Part shown: piece by piece, positions 29,814 to 38,678 of the stretch | How the letters are laid out: every line of letters starts with the position of its first letter | How positions within the stretch are numbered: the stretch's first letter is position 1 | From: Planctomycetota bacterium | GTDB taxonomy: Bacteria > Planctomycetota > UBA1135 > UBA2386 | Assembly (NCBI GenBank): GCA_016795295.1 | Contig: JAEUHP010000007.1 | Location: 10,896 to 74,895 of the forward strand | DNA: 64,000 bases | Direction of reading: 5' to 3' | Made by a program: the position numbers and the translations under genes | The notes under the pieces: generated by a model | Databases searched by the model: none | Seen by the model: the letters and a program-made list of their open reading frames with translations, nothing else | Told to the model about the DNA's origin: nothing

Positions 29814-31118
29814 CTACGGCGCGAACAGGTGCAGCGCCGTGACCACCGCCAGCAGCAACACCGCGGCGACCAGCAACAAACCGATCAACTGCGCAGTGAG
29901 GCCGAGGATGCGGAACGGCAGGCGCAACAGCCAGACCACGGACCGCCCGAACACCGTGCCGAACGCACGGATCGGCAGCAACAGCACGAAGATCACGGCA
30001 TCGAACAGGGCGAACACCGCCCGCACCGCGATCCCGAGGGCCCCCCGGCGGACAGGTGCCTGCTGCCAGGGCACGCCGAACCGCGATGCGTCCGGCGGCG
30101 GCGGGGGTGGCACGGGGGCCGCGGCGGGCGGTGCCCCCCAGGCATCCGCCGCGGTTCGGGCTGGCTCTGCAGCAGGGACCGCTGCAGCGCCGCCCCACCC
30201 CGAACCTGGCGCCGACCGAAGCCCTGCATGCGGCGGCAGCCGCAGGCTCTCGCCGAGCGCCGCCGGCGCCGCCAAGGCGTGCAGCAGTTCGGCGACCGAC
30301 TGGAAGCGCTCCTCCGGGCGTTTCGCCAAGCACCGCGCGAGCACCACGCGATCCTGGGCGGCCGCATGCGCCGGGAAGGGCACCTCGGCCACTTCGTGCT
30401 TCTTCAGCACTTCCCACTCCGAATCGCCGCGGAACGGCACTTCGCCGTAGAGGCATTCGAACAGCACCACGCCGAGCGAGTAGACGTCGCTGCGCGCATC
30501 GCCGCGCCGCTGCAGCATCTCGGGCGCCATGTAGTAGGGCGTGCCGCGGCCGAAACTGAGCGAATTGCGCGAGGCGGACACCAGCTTGCTGAGGCCGTAG
30601 TCGCCGACCCGCGCCACGTCGCCCTTCAAGAAGATGTTCGCCGGCTTCAAGTCGAAGTGCACCAGCGAGTGGTCGTGCAACGCCTGCACCCCACGCGCCG
30701 CTTGCACGAAGATGCGCAGCGCCTCGTCGCGCGACAGCCGCCCCTGCTGCAGACGCTTCTGCAGCGTGCCATCGCCGGCGTAACTCATCACCAGGTACGG
30801 GATGCCGTCGACCTGGCCCTTGTCTTCGATCGACACCAGGTTGGGATGGTCGATCTGCGCGAAGAACTGCACGGTGTCGAGTTCGCGCGCCACCGCGTCG
30901 CGCACGGTGTCGTCGTCGACCTTCAGGAACTTGATCGCATAGTCCTTGCCGATCGACTCCTTGCGCGCCTTGAACACCAGCCCGAACATGCCGCCACCGA
31001 GCTTGTTCTGGATCTCGAAGCCCGGCACGTAGCCAGGCTTGCGGTAGCTGGCATAGAACGCCTCCCAGTCGACGCGCGGGGCGTCGGCAGCGGAGCGGTC
31101 GATGCGGGGAGCCTCCAT
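29814..31118 (-). CDS. Hanks-type Ser/Thr protein kinase with C-terminal TM segments
   Basis: LGGGMFGLVF, AIK, HFDLKPANI, DYGL, GTPYYMAPE, SDVYSLG; hydrophobic C-terminus. Confidence 0.93.
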   Translation of the reverse strand: MEAPRIDRSAADAPRVDWEAFYASYRKPGYVPGFEIQNKLGGGMFGLVFKARKESIGKDYAIKFLKVDDDTVRDAVARELDTVQFFAQIDHPNLVSIEDKGQVDGIPYLVMSYAGDGTLQKRLQQGRLSRDEALRIFVQAARGVQALHDHSLVHFDLKPANIFLKGDVARVGDYGLSKLVSASRNSLSFGRGTPYYMAPEMLQRRGDARSDVYSLGVVLFECLYGEVPFRGDSEWEVLKKHEVAEVPFPAHAAAQDRVVLARCLAKRPEERFQSVAELLHALAAPAALGESLRLPPHAGLRSAPGSGWGGAAAVPAAEPARTAADAWGAPPAAAPVPPPPPPDASRFGVPWQQAPVRRGALGIAVRAVFALFDAVIFVLLLPIRAFGTVFGRSVVWLLRLPFRILGLTAQLIGLLLVAAVLLLAVVTALHLFAP

Positions 31119-31134
31119 GGCGAGCCTCGGCATG

Positions 31135-31761
31135 TTAGCGGAGGAACAGGAACGCCGGCAGCGCACTGCCGAGCAGGAAACCGAGCAGCCGCAGCCGTCC
31201 GGTGGCATACCCGCGGGTGAGCCGGTCGAACCAGCCGACGCCCAGCGCCAGCAGCGCCCAGCCGACCACGGTGACCCCGAACCGGCGCAGGGTGGAGCGT
31301 TCCAGCGCGCGTTGGCACGAACGCAGGTCGCGTTCGAGCCGCTGCGCGAGCTGCGGGTCCTCGGCCACCCACAGCGTGGTCTGCCACGAGCTGCCGAACT
31401 CGTGTTGCCGTTCCCGATCTTCCCGGTCGACGACCAGGCACAGTGGTTCGAGCGGCAGATCGCGCACGAACGTGCGCACCCGCTCGCGGGCCACGAATTC
31501 GGGCAGCCAGAACGGCCGTTCGGCGACGAAGGTCGCCTCGGCGCGCTGCTGCCAGCGGTCCCGGACCTGCTGGGTCGCGCGCTGCCGGGCGGAGTCGTAA
31601 GCGGCAACCGGGGTCAATTCCGCCGCGCCGCATACCGCAGAAGCCGCCGTCCCGCCGCCACCGCCCAAGGCTGCAACCACGGCCGGACGAACAGCCGGAG
31701 CTGCACAGGCGAGCTCCTGGGGGGCGGCAGTCAGACTCAGCGCGAGCAGCAGTTCGAGCAT
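31135..31761 (-). CDS. Hypothetical membrane protein
   Basis: Signal-like N-terminus and two C-terminal TM helices (DRLTRGYATGRLR loop); lies between the FHA and kinase genes. Confidence 0.65.
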   Translation of the reverse strand: MLELLLALSLTAAPQELACAAPAVRPAVVAALGGGGGTAASAVCGAAELTPVAAYDSARQRATQQVRDRWQQRAEATFVAERPFWLPEFVARERVRTFVRDLPLEPLCLVVDREDRERQHEFGSSWQTTLWVAEDPQLAQRLERDLRSCQRALERSTLRRFGVTVVGWALLALGVGWFDRLTRGYATGRLRLLGFLLGSALPAFLFLR

Positions 31762-31860
31762 GGGCGAGGCTCCGTTCGGGAAACCACCCCTACGCACGGC
31801 CCGGCCCATATTCGCAAGACGCCGATTCTGGCCGCGCCGCCATGCCGCCGCCGGCTCAGC

Positions 31861-34539
31861 TCAGCCGGAGGACCAGGGCAGCAGCACGAAGCTGATGCCG
31901 CCCGCGACCACCAACTGGCCGGCGGCCACCGGGTGGTCGCCGCGGAACGGCACGCCGTCGAGGGTGCCGGAGTCGGCCACCACCCGCATCTGGCCGCTGG
32001 GATTGGCATAGACCTCGACTTCGCCGGTGGCGCTGCCGACGCGCACGTGCACGTCGGCACCGGGGCCGAGCACGATCCGACCGTCGCGACCGCGGTCCTT
32101 CAGCAGCAAGAGCCGGTCGGTGCCCCCCACCTGGAAGCCCCCGGACAGGCGCAGCGCCGCGGTCAGCGACCGCCGGCACGGCTGCTCGTAGGTGAGGCCC
32201 AGAGCCGGCCCGAGTTGCACTCGGTCGCCAGGGGCCAAGCGGTGCTCCGACACCGCCTGGCCAGCCACCCGCAGTTCGCCCTCCTCGGCGACGATGCGAT
32301 CCTGCATGCCGCCGTGGAACGACATGCTGCGGCGCAGGCTGGCGTGGCGCCCGGCGAGGTTGGCGAGCACCGGCAGGTCTGCGGTGCGCTTGTGCACGTT
32401 GCCGATGGTCACGGTCTCGCCGCGCAGCACCAGGTGCTCGCCGCCTTCGTCGACGCGCAGCAGGAACGCACCTTCGAGACCCTGGGCGCGGGCGAGGTCC
32501 TTCTTCATGTCGTAGATGCGGGTGCGCAGCAGTGGCGAAGTCGGCGGCAGGTCGGCCAAAGCACCCTGAGCCGAGCGGAAATCCGCCGCCTTGGCGAGCA
32601 CGGCCGCCCGCTGCAGCGCCGCGGCCTCGCGGTCGGCCGCATCGAGCTGCTGGCGCAAGGCGCGCACCGGCTCCAGGTCGCGGGCTTTGGCCTCGGCGGC
32701 CTCGAGCTGGGTGGTTGCGGTCTGCAGGTCGCGAACGGCGAGCGCCGCGGCGGCAGCACTGGCGCAAGCGGCGGCAGCGGTGCGCTGGGACTGCACCGCC
32801 GCGGCCAAGCGCGCGGCCGCGGCTGGAAACTCGGCGCCCAGCGCAGTGCCGAGGCGCAGGATGCCGAGCGCCCACTCGGCCGTGCCGAGCGTGCCGGCGG
32901 CAAGCGCCTGCGCCCCCACCCGTTCGGCGCGGTCGAGCTGGTCGGCGAGCCGCGCCTCGAGACGGGCCGGGCTGGCCAGTTGCTCGCGGACCGCGAACAG
33001 GGCAGCGAGCCGTTCGGCGAGACCGGGCAGATCCTGGCGCTGCCACAAGGGCTCCAGGCTCGCGCAGACTTCCAGCGCCTCGAGTTCGGCGATGACAGCG
33101 GCCAACAGCGCCGGCAACTCGGGGTGGTCGACCTGGACCTTGGCGAGTTCTTCCAAGCGCAGACGGCAATGCCGCACGCCTTCGCTGCCCGAAGTGGCGC
33201 GCCCCGCCAACGCCGCACGCACTTCGTCGATGCCACGCCCGACCACTTCGAGCCGCGCGCGCACGTCGGTGAGCAGCTGCTGCGCCTCGGCGGCGAGCCG
33301 CCCCTGGCCAGCATGGGCCCCGCCGGCGACCACCGCCGCCAGCGCCGCGGCCTCGCGCAGTCGCCCGGCGCGCGCCGCGGCCCGCGCGGCGGCCAGCTGC
33401 TGGTCCTGAGCGCGCAGGCCCTGGTCGACCAGATCGAACTCGGCTCGGGCACCGGCATGCAAGGGCGCCACGGCCAGCACTTGGGCCAGCAGGTCGCGTG
33501 CTTGCTCCAGTTGGCCCTGCTGCAGGCGCTCCCGCGCGGCCTGGATCTGGTCCTCGTGTGCCCGTTCCGCGGCCAGGGCGGCTTCGAGCTGCTCGGCGAG
33601 CGCGTGGGCGGGCAACGCCACGGCGGCGCGATGCAGGGCGGCAATGGCATCGGCCTTGGTGGCCGGCCAACCCGCGCCTTGGTGGGCGAGCAGCGCATCG
33701 ACCAACTCCTGCGCACGCGCCGCCAGTGGCAGATCGGCGACCTGCGCCGCACGCGCCGCAGCCAGGGCGCTCGGCAGGTCTGGAGCGCGCTGCAGGGCTC
33801 GTTCGATGGCGGCGGCGAGCCGCTGCTGCAGCGGCAGCAACGCGCTGGCCGCAGCCTCGGGCGCCTGCCGGCGCGCCGCGCGCAGGGCCGCGACCGCCCC
33901 CTCGAGATCACTCTGCTCGAGCCGCCGGTCGAGCGTTTCGGCCGCCGCCGCGGCCAGCCCGGCGGCCAACGGGGGACCACAGGACGCCGCCAAGGCCGCC
34001 CCCCGATCGAGGTCCCGAGCGCGTTGGAAATGCTCCGCGGCTGCATCGAGCCGCCCCGCCTGCAGCGCGGCAGCGGCCGCCTGCAATTGCGCCGCCGCTT
34101 CGGCCGCGCGGGCCGCCAACTGCGCGGCGAACCGTTCCCGTTCTGCCGGCGGCAAGGCCGGCAGTCCGGCGCGCACAGCCGCGGTGTCCCCCGCGTCGAG
34201 CAGGGCCCGCAACCCGTGGGCCGCCACCTGTTGGTCCTTGCGCGCGGCCGCCGCCGCCGCCACCGCGGCCGTGACCTCGGCGGCGAGCTGCTCGGCCGCG
34301 GCATCCACAACGCCATGCCGGCGCAGCCGTTCGAGGTCCCGCTGTGCCAGGTCCAACGCGCCCGCTGCCAGGTGTTGTGCCGCGCGTTCCCGCAGGGCAC
34401 GCGCCACCACAGCGCGCAGCGCCACCGCCCGGCGGTCGTCCTGGATCAGCGGATCCTGGGCGAGCTGCAGGGCATCCTCGTAGCGCTGCTCGCGCAGGGC
34501 CGCACGCGCTCGGGCGAATCGCAAGAAGCGGTCGAACAT
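31861..34539 (-). CDS. Helical-repeat protein with C-terminal FHA-like domain(s)
   Basis: Ala-rich TPR-like body; VTIGN...ADLPVLANLAGRHASLRR...LAPGDRVQLG resembles FHA. Confidence 0.7.
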   Translation of the reverse strand: MFDRFLRFARARAALREQRYEDALQLAQDPLIQDDRRAVALRAVVARALRERAAQHLAAGALDLAQRDLERLRRHGVVDAAAEQLAAEVTAAVAAAAAARKDQQVAAHGLRALLDAGDTAAVRAGLPALPPAERERFAAQLAARAAEAAAQLQAAAAALQAGRLDAAAEHFQRARDLDRGAALAASCGPPLAAGLAAAAAETLDRRLEQSDLEGAVAALRAARRQAPEAAASALLPLQQRLAAAIERALQRAPDLPSALAAARAAQVADLPLAARAQELVDALLAHQGAGWPATKADAIAALHRAAVALPAHALAEQLEAALAAERAHEDQIQAARERLQQGQLEQARDLLAQVLAVAPLHAGARAEFDLVDQGLRAQDQQLAAARAAARAGRLREAAALAAVVAGGAHAGQGRLAAEAQQLLTDVRARLEVVGRGIDEVRAALAGRATSGSEGVRHCRLRLEELAKVQVDHPELPALLAAVIAELEALEVCASLEPLWQRQDLPGLAERLAALFAVREQLASPARLEARLADQLDRAERVGAQALAAGTLGTAEWALGILRLGTALGAEFPAAAARLAAAVQSQRTAAAACASAAAAALAVRDLQTATTQLEAAEAKARDLEPVRALRQQLDAADREAAALQRAAVLAKAADFRSAQGALADLPPTSPLLRTRIYDMKKDLARAQGLEGAFLLRVDEGGEHLVLRGETVTIGNVHKRTADLPVLANLAGRHASLRRSMSFHGGMQDRIVAEEGELRVAGQAVSEHRLAPGDRVQLGPALGLTYEQPCRRSLTAALRLSGGFQVGGTDRLLLLKDRGRDGRIVLGPGADVHVRVGSATGEVEVYANPSGQMRVVADSGTLDGVPFRGDHPVAAGQLVVAGGISFVLLPWSSG

Positions 34540-34597
34540 GGCTCAGGAGCCGGCCACCATGGCAGGCTGCGAGTCTGCCATGCGCACGGCCGCCGGA

Positions 34598-35602
34598 CTA
34601 TTGCCAGGAGGTGCCGAGTCCGCCGTCGCCGCCGTTCGCGGCCGCCGCCCGGAGGCACGCCTCGGCCACCATCAAAAACGACTTCTGGTCGGGAATCTGG
34701 CTCGATGGAGCCACCGCAAGACCTGCTCGACACACGACTTCTGGACGCTTGGGCAGCCGCTCACCGAGCGCCGCGAGCATGCGCTTGGCCAACACCACGG
34801 CGCCATCCGCGCCCGTGCCGGGCAGCAGGAACAAGAACGTGGTCGGCGCGAAGCGGGCCAGCACGTCGATGTCGCGGCACTCGTTCAAGAACACGCCAGC
34901 CGCGGCGGCCAGCAGCGGCTGCTGTTCGGCCGCGGGCAGCTTGGCCACGCCAGCGCCGAGGTCGAGCAGCAACAGCCCGAGCGGCTGGTGGAACCGCCGC
35001 GAGCGCTTCCACTCTTCGTCGAGTTTCAGCGTGGCGTAGGCTCCGTCGTAGAGGCCGGTTTCGGGGTCCTGCAGGCGCGTCGCCAGCGAGTCCTCGCGCT
35101 GGAGCTGCAGCAGCCGCGACACGGCGCTGGCGCCGCGTTCGTGCTGCGCCGCCGCGGCCTCGAGCCGCGCCAGGAGGGCATCGAGGGCCGGGCGCTTGGC
35201 CGTGGCACGGTTGGCCGCGGCCTCGAGCTCGCCGAGGTCGAGGCGCGCCCCGGCGGCGGCTGCGGCGCGGTGGCCCAACACCCCGTCGGCCAGGCAGAAG
35301 CGGGCCAGCTGGCCGCCGATCCGATCGCCGGACTCGACCACCACGAACACCTGCACGCCCTTCTGCTCCTTGAGCCCGCGCACCGCCGCGAAGGCGTGGC
35401 CACCGGGCCAGCCGGAGCAGGCATCCCCACCGGCCAAGCTGTCGACCACCACCAGGTCCCCGGCGGCAACCGCTTTGGCCCCCCCCGACACCGGCGCGCA
35501 GCCGAACGCCGCCGCCAAGGCGTCGCGCACGGCGGCCCGTGCCCCGAGCCAATGCCAACGCCCCACCACCAGTCCGTCCTTGGTCTCGCCGTCTTTGCTC
35601 AT
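34598..35602 (-). CDS. Degenerate GGDEF-domain protein
   Basis: DPETGLYD, EEWKRSRRF..PLGLLLLDL, RDIDVLARF-APTTF. The active-site motif is lost and the RxxD I-site is retained. Confidence 0.78.
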   Translation of the reverse strand: MSKDGETKDGLVVGRWHWLGARAAVRDALAAAFGCAPVSGGAKAVAAGDLVVVDSLAGGDACSGWPGGHAFAAVRGLKEQKGVQVFVVVESGDRIGGQLARFCLADGVLGHRAAAAAGARLDLGELEAAANRATAKRPALDALLARLEAAAAQHERGASAVSRLLQLQREDSLATRLQDPETGLYDGAYATLKLDEEWKRSRRFHQPLGLLLLDLGAGVAKLPAAEQQPLLAAAAGVFLNECRDIDVLARFAPTTFLFLLPGTGADGAVVLAKRMLAALGERLPKRPEVVCRAGLAVAPSSQIPDQKSFLMVAEACLRAAAANGGDGGLGTSWQ

Positions 35603-35604
35603 GG

Positions 35605-36363
35605 TCACGCCTCCAGTTGTTCCGCCACTGCCGCAGAGAATGCCTCGTTGCTGGCCACGGCCTGCACGTCGTCGTGGTCCTCCAGCGCATCGAGCAGCTT
35701 GGCCACGCGCTGGGCCACGCCCAGGTCGGCGACCGCAACGCGCTGGGTCGGCACCAGGGCCAGCTCCGCCGCGCGCAGCGGCACGCCGAACCGCAGCAGG
35801 CCCTGCTGCACGGCCGCAAACCCGGGCCGACCGCACAGAATGGTGCGCAGCTCGCCGTCCACCACCACATCGTCGGCGCCCACTTCGAGCGCGATCTCCA
35901 GCAGGCGCTCGTCGTTCGGCGCCGCCTCGCCCGCCGCCACCACGAAGCGGCCGCGCCGCTCGAACATCCAGCCGACCGCACCGGTGGCGGCCAGGTTGCC
36001 GCCATACTTGTCGAACAGGCCGCGCACGTCCGCGGCCGTGCGATGGCGGTTGTCGGTCAAGATGTCGAGCATCACCGCAACCCCGCCCGGGCCATAGCCT
36101 TCGTAAACGATCTCTTCGTAGTCGCCGAGCACGCCTGCGCCGGTGCCCTTGTTGATGGCCCGCTCGATGGCGTCCTTGGACATGCTGAGCACCCGCGCCT
36201 TCTCGACCGCGAGGCGCAGCTTGGCATTGCCATCGAGGCTGCCGCCGCCTTGCCGCGCCGCCACCGTGATGCTGCGCGAGAGCTTGGCGAACGCCACCGC
36301 GCGCTTCTTGTCGACGCGGTCCTTGCGAAACTGGATGTTCGCCGAATGAGAGTGGCCAGCCAT
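35605..36363 (-). CDS. yebC: YebC/PmpR family protein
   Basis: MAGHSHSANI..RK, YEGYGPGGVA, TDNRHRT, LEDHDDVQAV..N. Confidence 0.95.
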   Translation of the reverse strand: MAGHSHSANIQFRKDRVDKKRAVAFAKLSRSITVAARQGGGSLDGNAKLRLAVEKARVLSMSKDAIERAINKGTGAGVLGDYEEIVYEGYGPGGVAVMLDILTDNRHRTAADVRGLFDKYGGNLAATGAVGWMFERRGRFVVAAGEAAPNDERLLEIALEVGADDVVVDGELRTILCGRPGFAAVQQGLLRFGVPLRAAELALVPTQRVAVADLGVAQRVAKLLDALEDHDDVQAVASNEAFSAAVAEQLEA

Positions 36364-36425
36364 GCGCGGTGCTCGCGGTCGCCGCGGCCCCCAGGCGGCG
36401 GCGCGCAGCCGCCCGCCAGCCCCAC

Positions 36426-36824
36426 TCAGCGCTTGCTGAACTGGGTCGAACGGCGCGCCTTGTGGCGACCGTACTTCTTGCGCTCGACCTCGCGCGAATC
36501 GCGCGTCAACAGACCGTGCTCACGCAGGATCTTGTCGAAGTTGGCGTTCTCCTTGAGCAGCGCACGGGCGATGCCGAGGCTGACCGCGCCAGACTGGCCG
36601 TTGACCCCACCACCGATCACGTTCACCGCGATGTCGTAGTTGTTGCGGGTCTCGGTCACCACCAGCGGCTGCAGCGCCTGACGGCGGTTGTCTTCGGTGC
36701 AGAAGAACTGCTCGAAGTCCTTGCCGTTGACGACGAACTTGCCGGTGCCGGCTTTGATGCGAACGCGGGCCGAGGCCGTCTTGCGGCGACCGGTGCCCCA
36801 GATGTAAGGATTGTTGACTGCCAC
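36426..36824 (-). CDS. rpsI: 30S ribosomal protein S9
   Basis: GTGRRKTASARV, GGGVNGQSGA, RDSREVERKKYG, QFSKR. Confidence 0.98.
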   Translation of the reverse strand: MAVNNPYIWGTGRRKTASARVRIKAGTGKFVVNGKDFEQFFCTEDNRRQALQPLVVTETRNNYDIAVNVIGGGVNGQSGAVSLGIARALLKENANFDKILREHGLLTRDSREVERKKYGRHKARRSTQFSKR

Positions 36825-36997
36825 GGAGATCTCGGAGTTGGGCTGCCCGCCGGGGACACCGGCCGGGCTCGGCTACTGGTTGTGGTGCAGGTTACAGGCT
36901 CTGGGGGTGCTGGGTCACGCGTTGCGTCGGGAGACTTTCGCCGGCAGAACTTCCGGCGGCAAACGCATCCCGCGGCGCGACGCGCACGCCAGCACGA

Positions 36998-37456
36998 TCA
37001 CTTCGCCGTCCGACTGGCCGGCTTTTGGGTGGCCGGCTTTTGTGCTTGGTGCGGGTGCGAAGCGCCGCGATAGACCTTCAGGCGGCTCCACATGCGGCGC
37101 GCCAGCAGGTTCTTCGGCAGCATGCGGCGCACGGCCAAACGGATCAGCTCGTCGGGGGCGTGCTTCAGGTAATCGGCCAGGGTGACATGGCGCAGACCAC
37201 CCGGGAACCCGGTGTAGTAGGTGTACTCGCGGGTCTCGGCCTTGCCCCCGGTGACCTTGACCTTGTCGGCGTTGATCACGATCACACCCTCGCCGACCAG
37301 GAGGTGCGGGGTGTAGTCAGGGCGGTGCTTGCCCATCAGCAGGGTGGCGATCTCGGTGGCCATGCGGCCGAGCGTGCGGCCGCTGGCGTCGACGACATGC
37401 CAGGTGTTCATGGCGCCTTGCCGAGTGGCTTCGGTCGCGAAGGTGGTCTTGGTCAT
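36998..37456 (-). CDS. rplM: 50S ribosomal protein L13
   Basis: WHVVDA..TLGRMA...LMGKHRPDYTPH, INADKV, AVRRMLPKN, HPHQAQ. Confidence 0.98.
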   Translation of the reverse strand: MTKTTFATEATRQGAMNTWHVVDASGRTLGRMATEIATLLMGKHRPDYTPHLLVGEGVIVINADKVKVTGGKAETREYTYYTGFPGGLRHVTLADYLKHAPDELIRLAVRRMLPKNLLARRMWSRLKVYRGASHPHQAQKPATQKPASRTAK

Positions 37457-37511
37457 GGAATGCCCGCTGGAGGGGGGCTGCGTTGGCAGCCTGCCCGGAA
37501 TAGGGCCGAGC

Positions 37512-37539
37512 ATGCTAGCGAGCTGGCGAACGGTGTCAA
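37512..37539 (-). promoter_or_regulatory. sigma70 promoter of rplM-rpsI: TTGACA-N16-TAGCAT
   Basis: Perfect -35 hexamer and TAnnnT -10 hexamer about 55 bp upstream of the rplM start. Confidence 0.65.
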
Positions 37540-37655
37540 CCGGCGAAATCGCCACGAACTGCCTCCCCCTTGGGCCGGGGCGCGCTGAAGCACGCAGCCA
37601 AGGGCTGGCCCCCCCAGCCGCGGTGCCCTAACCTGCGCGGCGCAGTCCCACGCCG

Positions 37656-38189
37656 ATGCCCGAGCACCCGACCAACCCCGACCTCGCCGAAATCCTGGCG
37701 GCGCACGAGGGCAGGGCCCGGCGGATCGCGCGGCGGCTCCTGGGCTGCGACCACCTCGGCGCCGACGCGGTGCAGGAGGCGTTGCTGGCGCTCTGCCTGC
37801 AGCCACCCGCTGGCGAACCCGTGGCAGCGTTCCTGGGTGCCGTGGTCAACCGCTGTCGGATGCTGCGCCGGGGGCTACGGCGGCGGGCGCACCACGAGCA
37901 CCACGCCTCGTCGCACTGCCGCCTGCACGCCGGCTGCGACAACCCACTGCACCACGCCTACGCCCACGAACTCGGTGAACGGCTCGATGCGGCCCTCTCC
38001 GCACTGCCCGCAGAGCAGCGGGTCAGCTTCGAGCTGTGCGCCCGCGAGGGCCTGGACTACGCCGCCGCCGCCGCGCGCCTTGGCTGGCCGATCGGCACGG
38101 TGCGTTCGCGCCTGCACCGCGCGCGTGCGCACCTGCAGGACACGCTGCTCGAGCGCGCGGCGGACGACCGCACCCGCGCACCGACCTAG
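37656..38189 (+). CDS. ECF-type sigma factor with His/Cys-rich linker
   Basis: ARRLLG...ADAVQEALL (region 2); LSALPAEQR..F.L...EGLDY...A..LGWPIGTVRSRLHRAR (region 4). Confidence 0.85.
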   Translation: MPEHPTNPDLAEILAAHEGRARRIARRLLGCDHLGADAVQEALLALCLQPPAGEPVAAFLGAVVNRCRMLRRGLRRRAHHEHHASSHCRLHAGCDNPLHHAYAHELGERLDAALSALPAEQRVSFELCAREGLDYAAAAARLGWPIGTVRSRLHRARAHLQDTLLERAADDRTRAPT

Positions 38190-38260
38190 GCGCCCCGCCC
38201 GCGCAGAGGCGCAAGGCGGCCAACGCATCCGAACCCCCGCGCGCCGCGAACCCGTTCGGC

Positions 38261-38632
38261 GTGGCCCACCCCATCCCGCCGCAGAAACCCTGCGCCACCT
38301 GCGGCCGGACCATGGTCTGGCGAGCCCGTTGGGCCGCGAACTGGGACACGGTCCGCTACTGCAGCGCGGGATGCCGGCGCGGCCTCGGCGCCACCGACGC
38401 AGCCCTGGAGGCAGCCATGCTGGCCCTGCTCGAAGCTAGGCCCGCCGCCAGTTCGATCTGCCCCGCCGAAGCGGCCCGCGCCGTGGCCGACGCATGGCGG
38501 CCGCTGATGGAGCGCGCTCGCATGGCGGCCCGGCGCCTCTGGGCGGCAGGCCGCGTCGAGATCACGCAGGGCGGCCGGGTGGTCGACCCGAGCACCGCCA
38601 AAGGGCCGATCCGGGTCCGGCGCCGGCGATAG
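38261..38632 (+). CDS. DUF2256-DUF3253 fusion protein
   Basis: KPCATCGR.M.WR.RWA.NWD.VRYCS..CR followed by SICPAEAARA...WRPLM..AR...VEITQGG.VVDP..AKGPIR. Confidence 0.8.
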   Translation: MAHPIPPQKPCATCGRTMVWRARWAANWDTVRYCSAGCRRGLGATDAALEAAMLALLEARPAASSICPAEAARAVADAWRPLMERARMAARRLWAAGRVEITQGGRVVDPSTAKGPIRVRRRR

Positions 38633-38678
38633 ACAGCAGCTGGGCGCAAGGCGCGGTCCACAGAGTGCCGGCGCGGTG

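Noticed and set aside
31102-35373. 1423-aa plus-strand ORF, and similar long antisense ORFs (4299..6872, 7293..10178, 23717..27001, 48516..51437)
   Set aside because: Antisense shadows of well-supported genes, caused by stop-codon scarcity at high GC; no recognisable motifs.
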